Source: Paenibacillus nasutitermitis
GTDB taxonomy: Bacteria; Bacillota; Bacilli; Paenibacillales; Paenibacillaceae
DNA: 32,000 nt
Reading direction: 5' to 3'
NCBI RefSeq assembly: GCF_014641075.1
Contig: NZ_BMHP01000001.1
Location: 1,820,171 to 1,852,170 of the forward strand
Position 1 is the stretch's first letter, and each line of letters starts with the position of its first letter. The notes beneath the pieces were generated by a model. It made no database searches. It saw only the letters and a program-made list of their open reading frames with translations, and had not been told where the DNA came from. Of this stretch, positions 1-8,715 are shown piece by piece. A program made the translations under genes and the position numbers.

Positions 1-932
1 AATCCATCAAGGTCGGCAATCAGCATTATCGCGTATTGAAAATCGGGAATCCGAATCATTTGACGATTTACAGCAGCAACGGGAGTCAATATAAGGTTGC
101 AAGCCAACAGCTGCTCAGCAATATCTCGGCCGAAATCGGAATGCTGCAGCGACTGGAATACATCCTGCTGTTCGGTGGCATCGCCGGGCTTGTGATTGCG
201 GTTGCAGCGGGGTATTATTTGGCCAACCGGGCGCTGATTCCCATACGGCTGTCACTGGACAAGCAGCAGCAGTTTGTTTCCGATGCTTCTCATGAACTGC
301 GAACCCCGTTATCCGTCATTCAGGCTCATACGGAGCTTCTGCTGCGGCATCCCGAGCACACCATCGAGCAGGACAGCAAACATATTTCCACGGTTCTGCA
401 GGAGGCCAGACGAATGAGTAAGCTGGTCAGCGGGTTGCTGACTTTAGCCCGTTCAGACTCGAACCAGCTGGAGCTTGAGATTAAATCCGTCCAGTTGGAC
501 CAGATCGTTCAGGAAAGTGTACGGAAGATGCAGATGCTGGCGGAGCTCAAGGACATTATTGTGCAAACGGAAATTGACTCGTCAATTCCAATGAATGCGG
601 ATGAGGAACGGCTCCATCAGCTGCTCGTGACATTGCTGGACAATGCCATAAAATATACACCTGAGGGCGGACTTGTCCGTGTTGTATGCCGGAAGCTCGC
701 CCATTCCGTTCTATTGGAGGTGGAAGACACGGGAATCGGCATAGCGCCTGATAACCTCCAGCATATCTTTGACCGTTTCTACCGCGGCGATAAAGCACGT
801 ACCCGGCAGGAGGGCGGTTCAGGCCTGGGACTGGCCATAGCCAAATGGATCGTTGAGCAGCATCAAGGCAAAATCAGAGTGGAGAGCAAGCTGTCCATAG
901 GGACGCGTATTTTTATCACACTGCCGATTTAA
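1..932 (+). CDS. Sensor histidine kinase (HisKA/HATPase_c), 5'-truncated by the window edge
   Basis: The frame of listed ORF 36..932 stays open back to nt 3, so the gene starts upstream of the window. TM segment LLFGGIAGLVIAVAAGYYLA, H-box SHELRTPL, N-box LLDNAIKYT, G-boxes DTGIGI and GGSGLGLAI. Confidence 0.9.
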   Translation, partial: SIKVGNQHYRVLKIGNPNHLTIYSSNGSQYKVASQQLLSNISAEIGMLQRLEYILLFGGIAGLVIAVAAGYYLANRALIPIRLSLDKQQQFVSDASHELRTPLSVIQAHTELLLRHPEHTIEQDSKHISTVLQEARRMSKLVSGLLTLARSDSNQLELEIKSVQLDQIVQESVRKMQMLAELKDIIVQTEIDSSIPMNADEERLHQLLVTLLDNAIKYTPEGGLVRVVCRKLAHSVLLEVEDTGIGIAPDNLQHIFDRFYRGDKARTRQEGGSGLGLAIAKWIVEQHQGKIRVESKLSIGTRIFITLPI

Positions 933-945
933 AGTGGTTTGAGGG

Positions 946-972
946 CCGGGGACTTGTGTCTCCGGTTTTTTT
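946..972 (+). terminator. Rho-independent terminator after the kinase gene
   Basis: CCGGGGAC / GTCTCCGG 8-bp stem (one G-U pair), loop TTGT, followed by T7 (966-972). Confidence 0.75.
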
Positions 973-975
973 ATG

Positions 976-1031
976 TCCTTTTCAGCGTTGTTTAAGCTTC
1001 CTTTCAGCATCTCTAACGGATTTCTAAGAAT
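976..1031 (+). promoter_or_regulatory. Candidate regulated promoter of the ABC operon: direct repeats TCCTTTTCAGC (976-986) and TCCTTTCAGC (999-1008), then a -10-like TAAGAAT (1025-1031)
   Basis: Two near-identical 10-11-nt direct repeats with their TTCAGC cores 22 bp apart (two helical turns). The distal-to-proximal layout ends in TTCAGC-N16/17-TAAGAAT. It lies between the kinase terminator and the next gene. Confidence 0.35.
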
Positions 1032-1049
1032 CTGCTGGCATACTGGGCA

Positions 1050-2552
1050 ATGAATCTACTAATGTCTGAAGGGATGATGAAATTGTCTGCAAAATGGGGC
1101 AGGAAATCGGGTTTACTGATCGGGACGCTGCTTGTAACGGTTGCGATGTCAGCTTGTTCGCCGATAGGAGGCAAGAAAGACAAAGCGGGGTTGAACACAT
1201 TGGAACGGGAGGATTCGGGAACGCTGAAGGTTGCTTATTTCAATGAACAAAGCTTTTTAATGCAATACGGAAACGCCTTTCAAGCGATGTTTCCCAACAT
1301 TGCGTTGGAGGTCGTTTCAACCGAGTCTGTGTTCATCGCTGAGGATCCGGCAGCGGAGATGGAGAAGCTTGTGGATGAGCAGCAGCCGGATGTCATGTAC
1401 TTGACCGAAGAGCAATATTCCGTATTGGCGGGGAAAGGCAAGCTGTATGACCTGGATGCTGTCGTGAAGAAGGATGAATTCGACCTTGCGGGTTACCATG
1501 CTGCAGTAATCGATTTGCTGAAAGCACGCGGAGGCGGCAAGCTTTACGGCTTAAGTCCAAATTTCGGCAGTCAGGCACTCTATTATAATAAAGATTTGTT
1601 TGATAAGAATGGGATTCCTTTTCCGACGGATGGGATGAGCTGGGAGGAAGTTATTCAACTGGCATCCAGGTTTCCCGTTAAGAAAGACGGCGACGATGTC
1701 ATGAACGGCCTCTTCCAGTCTTCCCAGACCGCTGACTCGTTCGAGCTGATTCGTTCGATCGGAGAAGCCAAAGGGCTTCAGTATGCAGATACGGATGCGA
1801 AGACGTTATCGATCCAGACACCGGAATGGAAATCCATCTTCCAGATGGTTATCGAGGGATACAAAACGGGCAGTATTTCGATGCCGGCCGAAGGCGACAG
1901 CAAGAGCGGAGGTTTGATGATGCGAGAGATGGGCGGTGCTTCCACAGTCAGCATCGGCCCGGATTCGATGAGGTTTATGTCCGGCCAGGCTGCGATGACG
2001 ATCGATGGACCCATGATTATGAGCTTCTTGGGCATGAAAGGCAGCGGCGGTATGATGACGAAAGCAGCCACAGCCTCCAAAGACGGGAAGGTGATGGAAA
2101 GTCCGTTTAAAGATATTAACTGGGATGTTGTCAGCGTACCGGTTGATCCCACTCAGCCTGACGTATCCGGAGGCATGAGTCTGGAGAGTGTATTCTCTAT
2201 CAATGCCTCTTCCAAAAGCCTGCCCGCTGCATGGGAGTTAATCAAGTATGTGAACGGTGAGCAGTTGGCCAAAACCAATGCCATGTCTTCCCCGTCTTTA
2301 TCAGCCCGTACCGCATTCAAGAAACAATTGGACGACAAAAATATCGATGCTTTCTATGCACTTGGGGCGAATCAACAGAGCTTGCTGCAGGTGCTGCCGG
2401 AAGGTTTCGAAAATTCGTTCGCAAAATTGGCATCCGGGGAAATTAAAAAGGTCGTCGAAGGAGGACAATCGATTGACGACGCATTGGGTAAGCTCCAATC
2501 GCAGGGGCAGCAGCTGCTGACGCAATCGATCATGAATGCGGAGCAGGACTAA
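1050..2552 (+). CDS. Extracellular solute-binding-protein-like lipoprotein (ABC SBP family 1-like)
   Basis: Signal peptide plus lipobox LLVTVAMSAC. SBP-like core (YGLSPNFGSQALYYNKDLFDKNGIPFP..MSWEEV). Its stop overlaps the next start (TAATG at 2550-2554). The exact start is uncertain (ATG 1050, 1062, 1074 or 1077). Confidence 0.75.
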   Translation: MNLLMSEGMMKLSAKWGRKSGLLIGTLLVTVAMSACSPIGGKKDKAGLNTLEREDSGTLKVAYFNEQSFLMQYGNAFQAMFPNIALEVVSTESVFIAEDPAAEMEKLVDEQQPDVMYLTEEQYSVLAGKGKLYDLDAVVKKDEFDLAGYHAAVIDLLKARGGGKLYGLSPNFGSQALYYNKDLFDKNGIPFPTDGMSWEEVIQLASRFPVKKDGDDVMNGLFQSSQTADSFELIRSIGEAKGLQYADTDAKTLSIQTPEWKSIFQMVIEGYKTGSISMPAEGDSKSGGLMMREMGGASTVSIGPDSMRFMSGQAAMTIDGPMIMSFLGMKGSGGMMTKAATASKDGKVMESPFKDINWDVVSVPVDPTQPDVSGGMSLESVFSINASSKSLPAAWELIKYVNGEQLAKTNAMSSPSLSARTAFKKQLDDKNIDAFYALGANQQSLLQVLPEGFENSFAKLASGEIKKVVEGGQSIDDALGKLQSQGQQLLTQSIMNAEQD

Positions 2553-3307
2553 TGACAATTCTTCATTCTGTTAAACCGCCGATACAAGACATGGCAGCGC
2601 CCGAAGCCGGGGCTGTTCTGAAAAGCGAAGGAGCTTCGTTTCTCCAGGTGAATGACGTTCGCAAAAGCTTTATGTCCGGCAGCCGGAAAATCGAAGTGTT
2701 GAAAGGGATTGGGCTGTCGATTGCACCCTCTAAGCTCACCATGTTAAGGGGACGGTCCGGCTCGGGAAAAACAACACTGCTCAATTTGCTCGGAGGACTC
2801 GACCGGCCCACGGAAGGCGAAATCTATTTCCGCGGGCGGCCGCTCCATGCCTGGAGTGACAAGCAGCTGACCACAGTCAGACGACAAGAGATCGGGTTCA
2901 TATTCCAATCCTTCGCGCTGCTGCCCTTGCTTACCGCATGGGAGAATGTTGAACTTTCCTTGCGTCTGGCCGGCATTCCGCGAGCGGAATGGAAAGAGCG
3001 GGTCGGCCGCTGCCTGGAGCTTGTCGGCCTGACAAAACGGGCGTTTCACCACCCATCCGAGCTGTCCGGAGGCGAGCAGCAGAGGGTGGCGATCGCCAAG
3101 GGCATTGCCCACAAGCCAAAGCTTCTGCTTGCAGATGAGCCAACCGCTGAGCTGGATACGCAGATGGCGGCACGGATTATCGCGGTTTTCCGGGATATTA
3201 TCGAGGCCGAACAAACGGCAATTTGTATGACGACACATGATTCTACATTATGGGGGGCGGCAGACGTTGTATACCAGATGGCCGATGGTACGCTTGTACC
3301 AGAATAA
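2552..3307 (+). CDS. ABC transporter ATP-binding protein (MacB/LolD/FtsE-like), ATPase 1
   Basis: Walker A GRSGSGKTT, signature LSGGEQQRVAIA, Walker B LLLADEPT, H-loop TTHD. Confidence 0.9.
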   Translation: MTILHSVKPPIQDMAAPEAGAVLKSEGASFLQVNDVRKSFMSGSRKIEVLKGIGLSIAPSKLTMLRGRSGSGKTTLLNLLGGLDRPTEGEIYFRGRPLHAWSDKQLTTVRRQEIGFIFQSFALLPLLTAWENVELSLRLAGIPRAEWKERVGRCLELVGLTKRAFHHPSELSGGEQQRVAIAKGIAHKPKLLLADEPTAELDTQMAARIIAVFRDIIEAEQTAICMTTHDSTLWGAADVVYQMADGTLVPE

Positions 3308-4328
3308 ATGTAGGGCCTCCGGAGTCAGGCTGCTGCTGGCCGCAGTATGCCTTTCGCTATTGGCCGGGTGCTCCTTGCTTCCCCAGGAGGAAGAGCCGGA
3401 AAAGATGCCTGATATCCGGATACCGAAAATCTCCCAAAAGGCGGAATACCCGGTTAAACGAAGCACGTTGGAGCTGAAGGTGAGCGGAGCCGGAAAGCTG
3501 ATGTCGAAGCGGGAGGAGAATCTATTGTTTACGGTAGGCAATCTCCGGATTGCAGAAGTATATGTGAAAGCAGGCGACACGGTAAAAAAAGGGCAGCTGC
3601 TGGCCTCTCTGGATACGGGCGATATTGAAAGCCAAATCCGCCGTAAAGAGGTGGAATCGGAGAAATTCCAGCTTGATATGAAGGACTCCTTGCGCATATC
3701 GGATGAAGGAAATGCGGTAATGTCCCGGAAGCAGCAGCTGGACATTGCCTTATTGAAGGAGGAGCTTGCCGATTTGCGCAGCAAGCTCAATGGTACGAAG
3801 CTGGTAGCGCCATTCGCCGGGACCATCGTCAGTTTTACGGCGGAGAAAGGCGATAATACGATAGGTTACGAAAAAATCGGGCAGATCGCAGACATAAACT
3901 CGTTAATCGTCGCCGTGCAATTCAGTTCCAGCGATCTTGAAAAAATCGCCCCGGGGATGGAATCCATGGTCGGCATCAATGCCGCCGGTGATTATGCAGG
4001 TTCGCTAAAACGGCTTCCGCTGACTACGGAAGAGCCGAAGGATGGCGAGAAATCGCTGGATCTCTATACGCTGATCGACCTGCCCAAGCTGCCTGCCGGT
4101 GCCGCCAATGGGACGCCGCTCACCGCTTCGGTTATTGTGGAGCGCCGCAAAGATGTATTGACTATCCCGCTTGCAGCATTGCGGAAGCAGAACAGTCGCA
4201 ACTATGTGCTTGTATCCAATGCGGATGGCAGCAAAGGCGAGGTGGATGTGGAAATCGGTGTACAGACCTCGACGGAGGTGGAAATTATTAAAGGGCTGGA
4301 GGAAGGCCAGAAGGTCGTGGGGAAATAA
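3285..4328 (+). CDS. Membrane-fusion / periplasmic-adaptor (HlyD/MacA/YknX-like) lipoprotein
   Basis: Lipobox LSLLAGC when started at ATG 3285 (the listed ORF starts at 3237). Lipoyl-like hairpin (VKAGDTVKKGQLLASLD ... LVAPFAGTIV), a coiled-coil stretch and a C-terminal beta domain. Its stop overlaps the next start (TAATG at 4326-4330). Confidence 0.8.
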   Translation: MVRLYQNKCRASGVRLLLAAVCLSLLAGCSLLPQEEEPEKMPDIRIPKISQKAEYPVKRSTLELKVSGAGKLMSKREENLLFTVGNLRIAEVYVKAGDTVKKGQLLASLDTGDIESQIRRKEVESEKFQLDMKDSLRISDEGNAVMSRKQQLDIALLKEELADLRSKLNGTKLVAPFAGTIVSFTAEKGDNTIGYEKIGQIADINSLIVAVQFSSSDLEKIAPGMESMVGINAAGDYAGSLKRLPLTTEEPKDGEKSLDLYTLIDLPKLPAGAANGTPLTASVIVERRKDVLTIPLAALRKQNSRNYVLVSNADGSKGEVDVEIGVQTSTEVEIIKGLEEGQKVVGK

Positions 4329-7117
4329 TGCGGATTATGATCTATCTGGTTCTGAAAAGCTGGCAGAACCGCTGGTATACAATAGGTACGCTGCTTGGTC
4401 TGACTGTTGCGGTAGCGTTTGCCATGAGTATCCCGATGTACGCGGATGGCACGCTCAAGAGACTCGTCGCGCAGTCGCTCGCGGAAGAAACAAAAGGACT
4501 GCCTCCCGCTTCGCTTTATATGAAATATCAGTCCGCAGGAAGTGCAGAGACCGATATGGAAGGGCTCGAGGAAGTAAACCAGTGGATCAATGGCGAGCTT
4601 CCCGGAAGAATCGGATTCCCCAAGCTGGCATCCTCAAGCAAGATAAGCCTGCCGGTATCTGCCGTTCGGCCCGCTCTTGCCGGCAAGGACGGTTCCAGCC
4701 GACTGGTGCGTATGGAGCTTGCCTTCCAGAGCGGAATTACCGAGGGGGCGGATCTGGTTGAGGGAAAGCTGCCGCGGGATGGGATCCAGGGCGGCGTTAT
4801 TGAAGCTATGGTTCTGAGCGAGACGTTGACCCGCTACGGCTGGAAGACGGGAGACAGCTTCTATTACAGCGCCAAAGACAGCGACGGCAAAACAAAGAAG
4901 CTGATTGTTCAGATTGTGGGTACATACAAGCTGAAGGATGACACCGATTTGAGCTGGGCCATTGACGGAAAGGATAGTCTGGCCGACCTGTTTGTTGTCA
5001 ACCGCAAGACCATGACGGATACGCTGCTCAAGGACAACAAGCTTGCTCTGGATTCTGCCGGCTGGTTTGCGGCATTCGATTTACAGAATATACGCATCAG
5101 CGATTTGTCATCGCTCATCGGAGAACTGCAGCGGCTGGAGATCAACCTCCATCAAATGCTGGAGAATACAAAAGTGAATCTGACATTTATCGATATGCTG
5201 GGTGATTTCCAGCAGCAGAGCTTGCTGCTTCAGGCGATGCTGTTCGCGCTTGCCGCACCGGTCCTGGCGATGGTGCTGTATTATATTACGCTTAACGCAC
5301 AGCAATCGCTTGCCAGGCAGCGAAGCGATATCGCTGTGCTCCACAGCCGCGGCTCCAGTCCGCGGCAAATTATTTGGCTGTATTCCATTGAAGCGCTTCT
5401 GCTCGGCGGCGCGGCACTGCTCCTCGGACTTGGCCTCGCCTGGTGGATGGCCAAGACGATCGGCTCCTCGAGCGGGTTTCTTTCGTTTGTTGGCCGCAAA
5501 TCGATCCCTGTCGGGTGGAACAAAACCTCTTGGTTGTTCGGGATCTCCGCCGCGGCGCTTGCGGTCATCGCAACGATAGCACCGGTCCGGGCTTATGCCG
5601 GAACGTCAATCGTAGAGCATACGCAGCTGCGGGAAAAAGCCGGCAGACCGCCGTTCTGGCAGCGGCTGTATCTGGATGTCGCGCTGCTGGCATTGTCTGC
5701 GGCAGGCTGGTACATGCTCAATGCCGGGATTATCGCCACTGTCAGCACTAGCGGCGTCGCAGCGGAGATGCAGCCGGCGATTTTTATTGTTCCGGCCTTG
5801 TTCATTTTCGCTGGTGGACTGTTGTGCTTGCGTCTGTTCCCGCTGCTGCTCCGTTTCTGGAATAGGCTCACGAAGAATCGCATGCCGGTTCCGGTCTATT
5901 TAACCTTCACCCAGTTGTCCCGTTCGGCCGTATCGTTCTTTCCCCTGATGATTCTGCTCATTCTCACCATTGGGCTGGGTGTTTATAATGCATCAGCCGC
6001 GAGGACAATGGATGTGAATGCCTCTGACCGCACGAATTACCGGTATGGCAGCGATGTCGTACTGAAATCGGCATGGGAAGGCGTTCAGGACGAGAATGAC
6101 GAGAACAAGATCTATTATACCGAACCTTCCTGGCAAGCCTTTGACAAGCTGGATGGAGTGAAAGGCGCGGCAAGGGTCATGAAGACGACAGGCAAAGTTG
6201 AAATTAGCGGTAAAAATGCCGGCAGCGGGCAGCTCATCGGGATCGATAATGCCGCTTTTGCCAAAACGGCATGGTTACGCGAGGATTTGAATCCGTATCA
6301 TTTCTACGAATATCTTGACGCGCTGGGAACTGCGGAGCAGGCGGTACTGGTATCGGAGAAATTCGCTAAGCAAAATGGACTAAAAGAAGGCGACCCGCTG
6401 CGCATACTGATCGGTTACGATCATGTCGCCGTAGATTTCGTCGTGGTAGGCATCGTCAGCTACTGGCCGAGCTTATATCCGGATACGTCGCCGTTCTTCG
6501 TGGCCAATCTGGATTATATCTATCAGCAAATCGAGAAGATTCCGTACGAGGTATGGCTGAATCTGGAAGAAAACGCAAAGCTCGCCCCGGTGCTTGCGAA
6601 GCTGGCAGAGCGCGGCGTCGCGGTGACCAGCGTGGACGATGCGCGCAGCGAGCTCATCGAACGGCGGAATCATCCCGCTCAGGGCGGCGTGTTCGGGATT
6701 CTCAGCCTCGGATTCATCATCTCACTGCTGGTTTCGCTGCTCGGCTATCTGATTTTCTGGTTCTTCACCTTGTCGCGCAGAAGTGTCCAGCTCGGTATTC
6801 TGAGGGCAATGGGACTAACGGGCGGACAAGTAACCGGCATGCTGCTGCTTGAGCAGCTGTTCACGACCGGGTTGTCGGTTGTCTCCGGAATTGGTCTGGG
6901 CACATTCGCCAGCCGCCTGTTTCTGCCGTTTCTGCAGGGCGGAAGCGCTCTTGGGTCGCAGCAGGTACCGCCGTTCCGGATTGTGTTCGATGCTGCGGAT
7001 ACGATGAAGCTGTATATCGCAACGGGCATTATGCTGGCGGCCGGTGCCAGCTTGCTTATCCTCAAGCTGAGGCGCTTGCGCATTACACAGGCTGTCAAGC
7101 TTGGAGAAGAACGGTAG
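4328..7117 (+). CDS. Large ABC permease with two FtsX/MacB-type domains (929 aa)
   Basis: Two FtsX-type blocks, ~aa 300-420 (RQRSDIAVLHSRGSSPRQIIWLY) and ~aa 790-929 (RRSVQLGILRAMGLTGGQVTGML). Each is preceded by a large non-hydrophobic region. Confidence 0.85.
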   Translation: MRIMIYLVLKSWQNRWYTIGTLLGLTVAVAFAMSIPMYADGTLKRLVAQSLAEETKGLPPASLYMKYQSAGSAETDMEGLEEVNQWINGELPGRIGFPKLASSSKISLPVSAVRPALAGKDGSSRLVRMELAFQSGITEGADLVEGKLPRDGIQGGVIEAMVLSETLTRYGWKTGDSFYYSAKDSDGKTKKLIVQIVGTYKLKDDTDLSWAIDGKDSLADLFVVNRKTMTDTLLKDNKLALDSAGWFAAFDLQNIRISDLSSLIGELQRLEINLHQMLENTKVNLTFIDMLGDFQQQSLLLQAMLFALAAPVLAMVLYYITLNAQQSLARQRSDIAVLHSRGSSPRQIIWLYSIEALLLGGAALLLGLGLAWWMAKTIGSSSGFLSFVGRKSIPVGWNKTSWLFGISAAALAVIATIAPVRAYAGTSIVEHTQLREKAGRPPFWQRLYLDVALLALSAAGWYMLNAGIIATVSTSGVAAEMQPAIFIVPALFIFAGGLLCLRLFPLLLRFWNRLTKNRMPVPVYLTFTQLSRSAVSFFPLMILLILTIGLGVYNASAARTMDVNASDRTNYRYGSDVVLKSAWEGVQDENDENKIYYTEPSWQAFDKLDGVKGAARVMKTTGKVEISGKNAGSGQLIGIDNAAFAKTAWLREDLNPYHFYEYLDALGTAEQAVLVSEKFAKQNGLKEGDPLRILIGYDHVAVDFVVVGIVSYWPSLYPDTSPFFVANLDYIYQQIEKIPYEVWLNLEENAKLAPVLAKLAERGVAVTSVDDARSELIERRNHPAQGGVFGILSLGFIISLLVSLLGYLIFWFFTLSRRSVQLGILRAMGLTGGQVTGMLLLEQLFTTGLSVVSGIGLGTFASRLFLPFLQGGSALGSQQVPPFRIVFDAADTMKLYIATGIMLAAGASLLILKLRRLRITQAVKLGEER

Positions 7118-7139
7118 AGAGTATGAGGAGGGCCCCGCA

Positions 7140-8060
7140 ATGATCCATTGTGAAGGACTGATGAAAATTTATAAGACCGATGATATCGAGGTCGTTGCCC
7201 TGCAGGGCTTGAACCTGACAGTCAAACAGGGAGAAATGATGGCGATCATCGGCAACAGCGGCAGCGGGAAATCGACTCTGCTCAATATTCTCGGCGGTCT
7301 TGACAGACCTTCGGCAGGTACGGCGCTTGTGGGCAAATGGGATCTGCTGAAGATGACGAAGGAGCAGCTAATTGAATACAAGCGCGGAACCGTCGGCTTT
7401 ATTTGGCAAAACAATGGCCGGAATCTTGTTCCCTACCTGACGTCTCTTCAGAACGTCGAACTGCCGATGCTTATTCAGGGCAAAGCGGACAGGTCCTATG
7501 CCAAGCAGCTGCTGGCTGCAGTCGGACTTGAGCATCGCTTGGGCAGCCGCTTAACGCAGCTTAGCGGAGGCGAGCAGCAGAGGGTCGCAATCGCCATTTC
7601 CCTGGCAAACCGCCCTCAGCTTGTGCTTGCCGATGAACCGACTGGGTCAGTTGACAGCGCCACGGGAGAGCAGATTCTTGATATATTCCGCCGCCTTAAT
7701 CAGGATATGGGTGTGACGATTGTCATTGTCACGCATGACCTCTCCGTCGCGGACAAGGTAGACCGGGTTATTGCCATTCGGGACGGCATGACCAGCACAG
7801 AGTGGGTCAAGCGCAGCGCAGGCGAAGCTTCCGGGGATGGACATGTTGAAGAGTCCTCCCAAGATTCCGGGAATGCTCTATTCGGTTCGCATCATGAGGA
7901 ATTCGTTGTTATCGATCGCGCGGGCCGTCTGCAAATTCCCAAAGCGTATCTGGAAGCGATGAACGTCAGCGGCAAAGCGGTGCTTGAATTTGACGGCAAG
8001 CGGGTCACAATCGGCCCGCCCGAAGAAGATGCGGTTCGGTCCGAACCAACCGAAACGTGA
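7140..8060 (+). CDS. ABC transporter ATP-binding protein, ATPase 2, with a ~90-aa C-terminal extension
   Basis: RBS GAGGAGGG 7 nt before ATG 7140. Walker A GNSGSGKST, signature LSGGEQQRVAIA, Walker B VLADEPT. The tail contains VVIDRAGRLQIPKAYLEAMNVSGKAVLEFDGKRVTIGP. Confidence 0.9.
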   Translation: MIHCEGLMKIYKTDDIEVVALQGLNLTVKQGEMMAIIGNSGSGKSTLLNILGGLDRPSAGTALVGKWDLLKMTKEQLIEYKRGTVGFIWQNNGRNLVPYLTSLQNVELPMLIQGKADRSYAKQLLAAVGLEHRLGSRLTQLSGGEQQRVAIAISLANRPQLVLADEPTGSVDSATGEQILDIFRRLNQDMGVTIVIVTHDLSVADKVDRVIAIRDGMTSTEWVKRSAGEASGDGHVEESSQDSGNALFGSHHEEFVVIDRAGRLQIPKAYLEAMNVSGKAVLEFDGKRVTIGPPEEDAVRSEPTET

Positions 8061-8545
8061 GCGGACAAATGGAACAGGCAGCGGTGAATCTGGATGAACT
8101 ATATGCGGCACACTCCGCTTATTTGAACAAATATATGTATAAATTGACACGCGATCGGGAGGATGCAGCCGATCTAGTGCAGGATATTTTCCTGAAATTA
8201 TGCCTGCAGGGAAGTCTGCCGGATCATCCGAAAGCATGGCTTTCCCAGACCGGCTACCGGCTGTTCATCGATCAGTGGCGCCGCAAGCAGCGTTTGAGCC
8301 AGCTCCAGCTGGAGAAAGCTTACTGCAATATTGCCGCCCCGGAACAAGCCGCTCTTGATAGGGAATTCGAGAGATATGTAGATCGGCTGCTTTTGCGCCT
8401 CAATCCACGGATGCGTACTGCTTTATATCTGCGAATATACAGGCATTCCAGCTATGAAGAAATTGCCCGGATGCTAGATTGTTCGCAGAATACGGTCAAA
8501 ACCTTCATCCGGCGAGGCAAAGCGCAATTGTCCAAGTGGCTGTGA
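8057..8545 (+). CDS. ECF-type RNA polymerase sigma-70 family factor
   Basis: Region 2 (DREDAADLVQDIFLKL ... FIDQWRRKQR) and region 4 HTH (SYEEIARMLDCSQNTVKTFIRRGKAQL). The GTG start overlaps the stop of ATPase 2 (GTGA at 8057-8060). Confidence 0.85.
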   Translation: MSGQMEQAAVNLDELYAAHSAYLNKYMYKLTRDREDAADLVQDIFLKLCLQGSLPDHPKAWLSQTGYRLFIDQWRRKQRLSQLQLEKAYCNIAAPEQAALDREFERYVDRLLLRLNPRMRTALYLRIYRHSSYEEIARMLDCSQNTVKTFIRRGKAQLSKWL

Positions 8546-8715
8546 GGATGAACGACTGCAAGCTCCGTTACCGTCAGTTTACGTCCCAGAGTGGATGGGC
8601 GTATCAGAGATTCATTTTACCAGTTTGCAGGAGAAATGGAGTTCATAGGAGAATCTACAGACAATCAGTCATTAGACAAAAGGAAACAGAAGTATATAGA
8701 GGAAGGAGTCTCCAA

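Noticed and set aside
4171-4761. 196-aa plus-strand ORF spanning the MFP-permease junction, and other off-frame ORFs inside the permease (5202-5579, 5443-5751, 5676-5903, 6553-6852)
   Set aside because: Their composition is Arg/Cys/Trp-rich and not protein-like. They overlap well-supported genes in alternative frames.
8479-8715. N-terminal extension of the P-loop ORF, examined also as a possible anti-sigma factor starting MNDCKLRYRQF at 8552
   Set aside because: The sequence is extremely Arg-rich. It has no HxxxCxxC ZAS motif and no TM segment, and it overlaps the sigma gene. A strong RBS sits in front of the internal GTG 8716.
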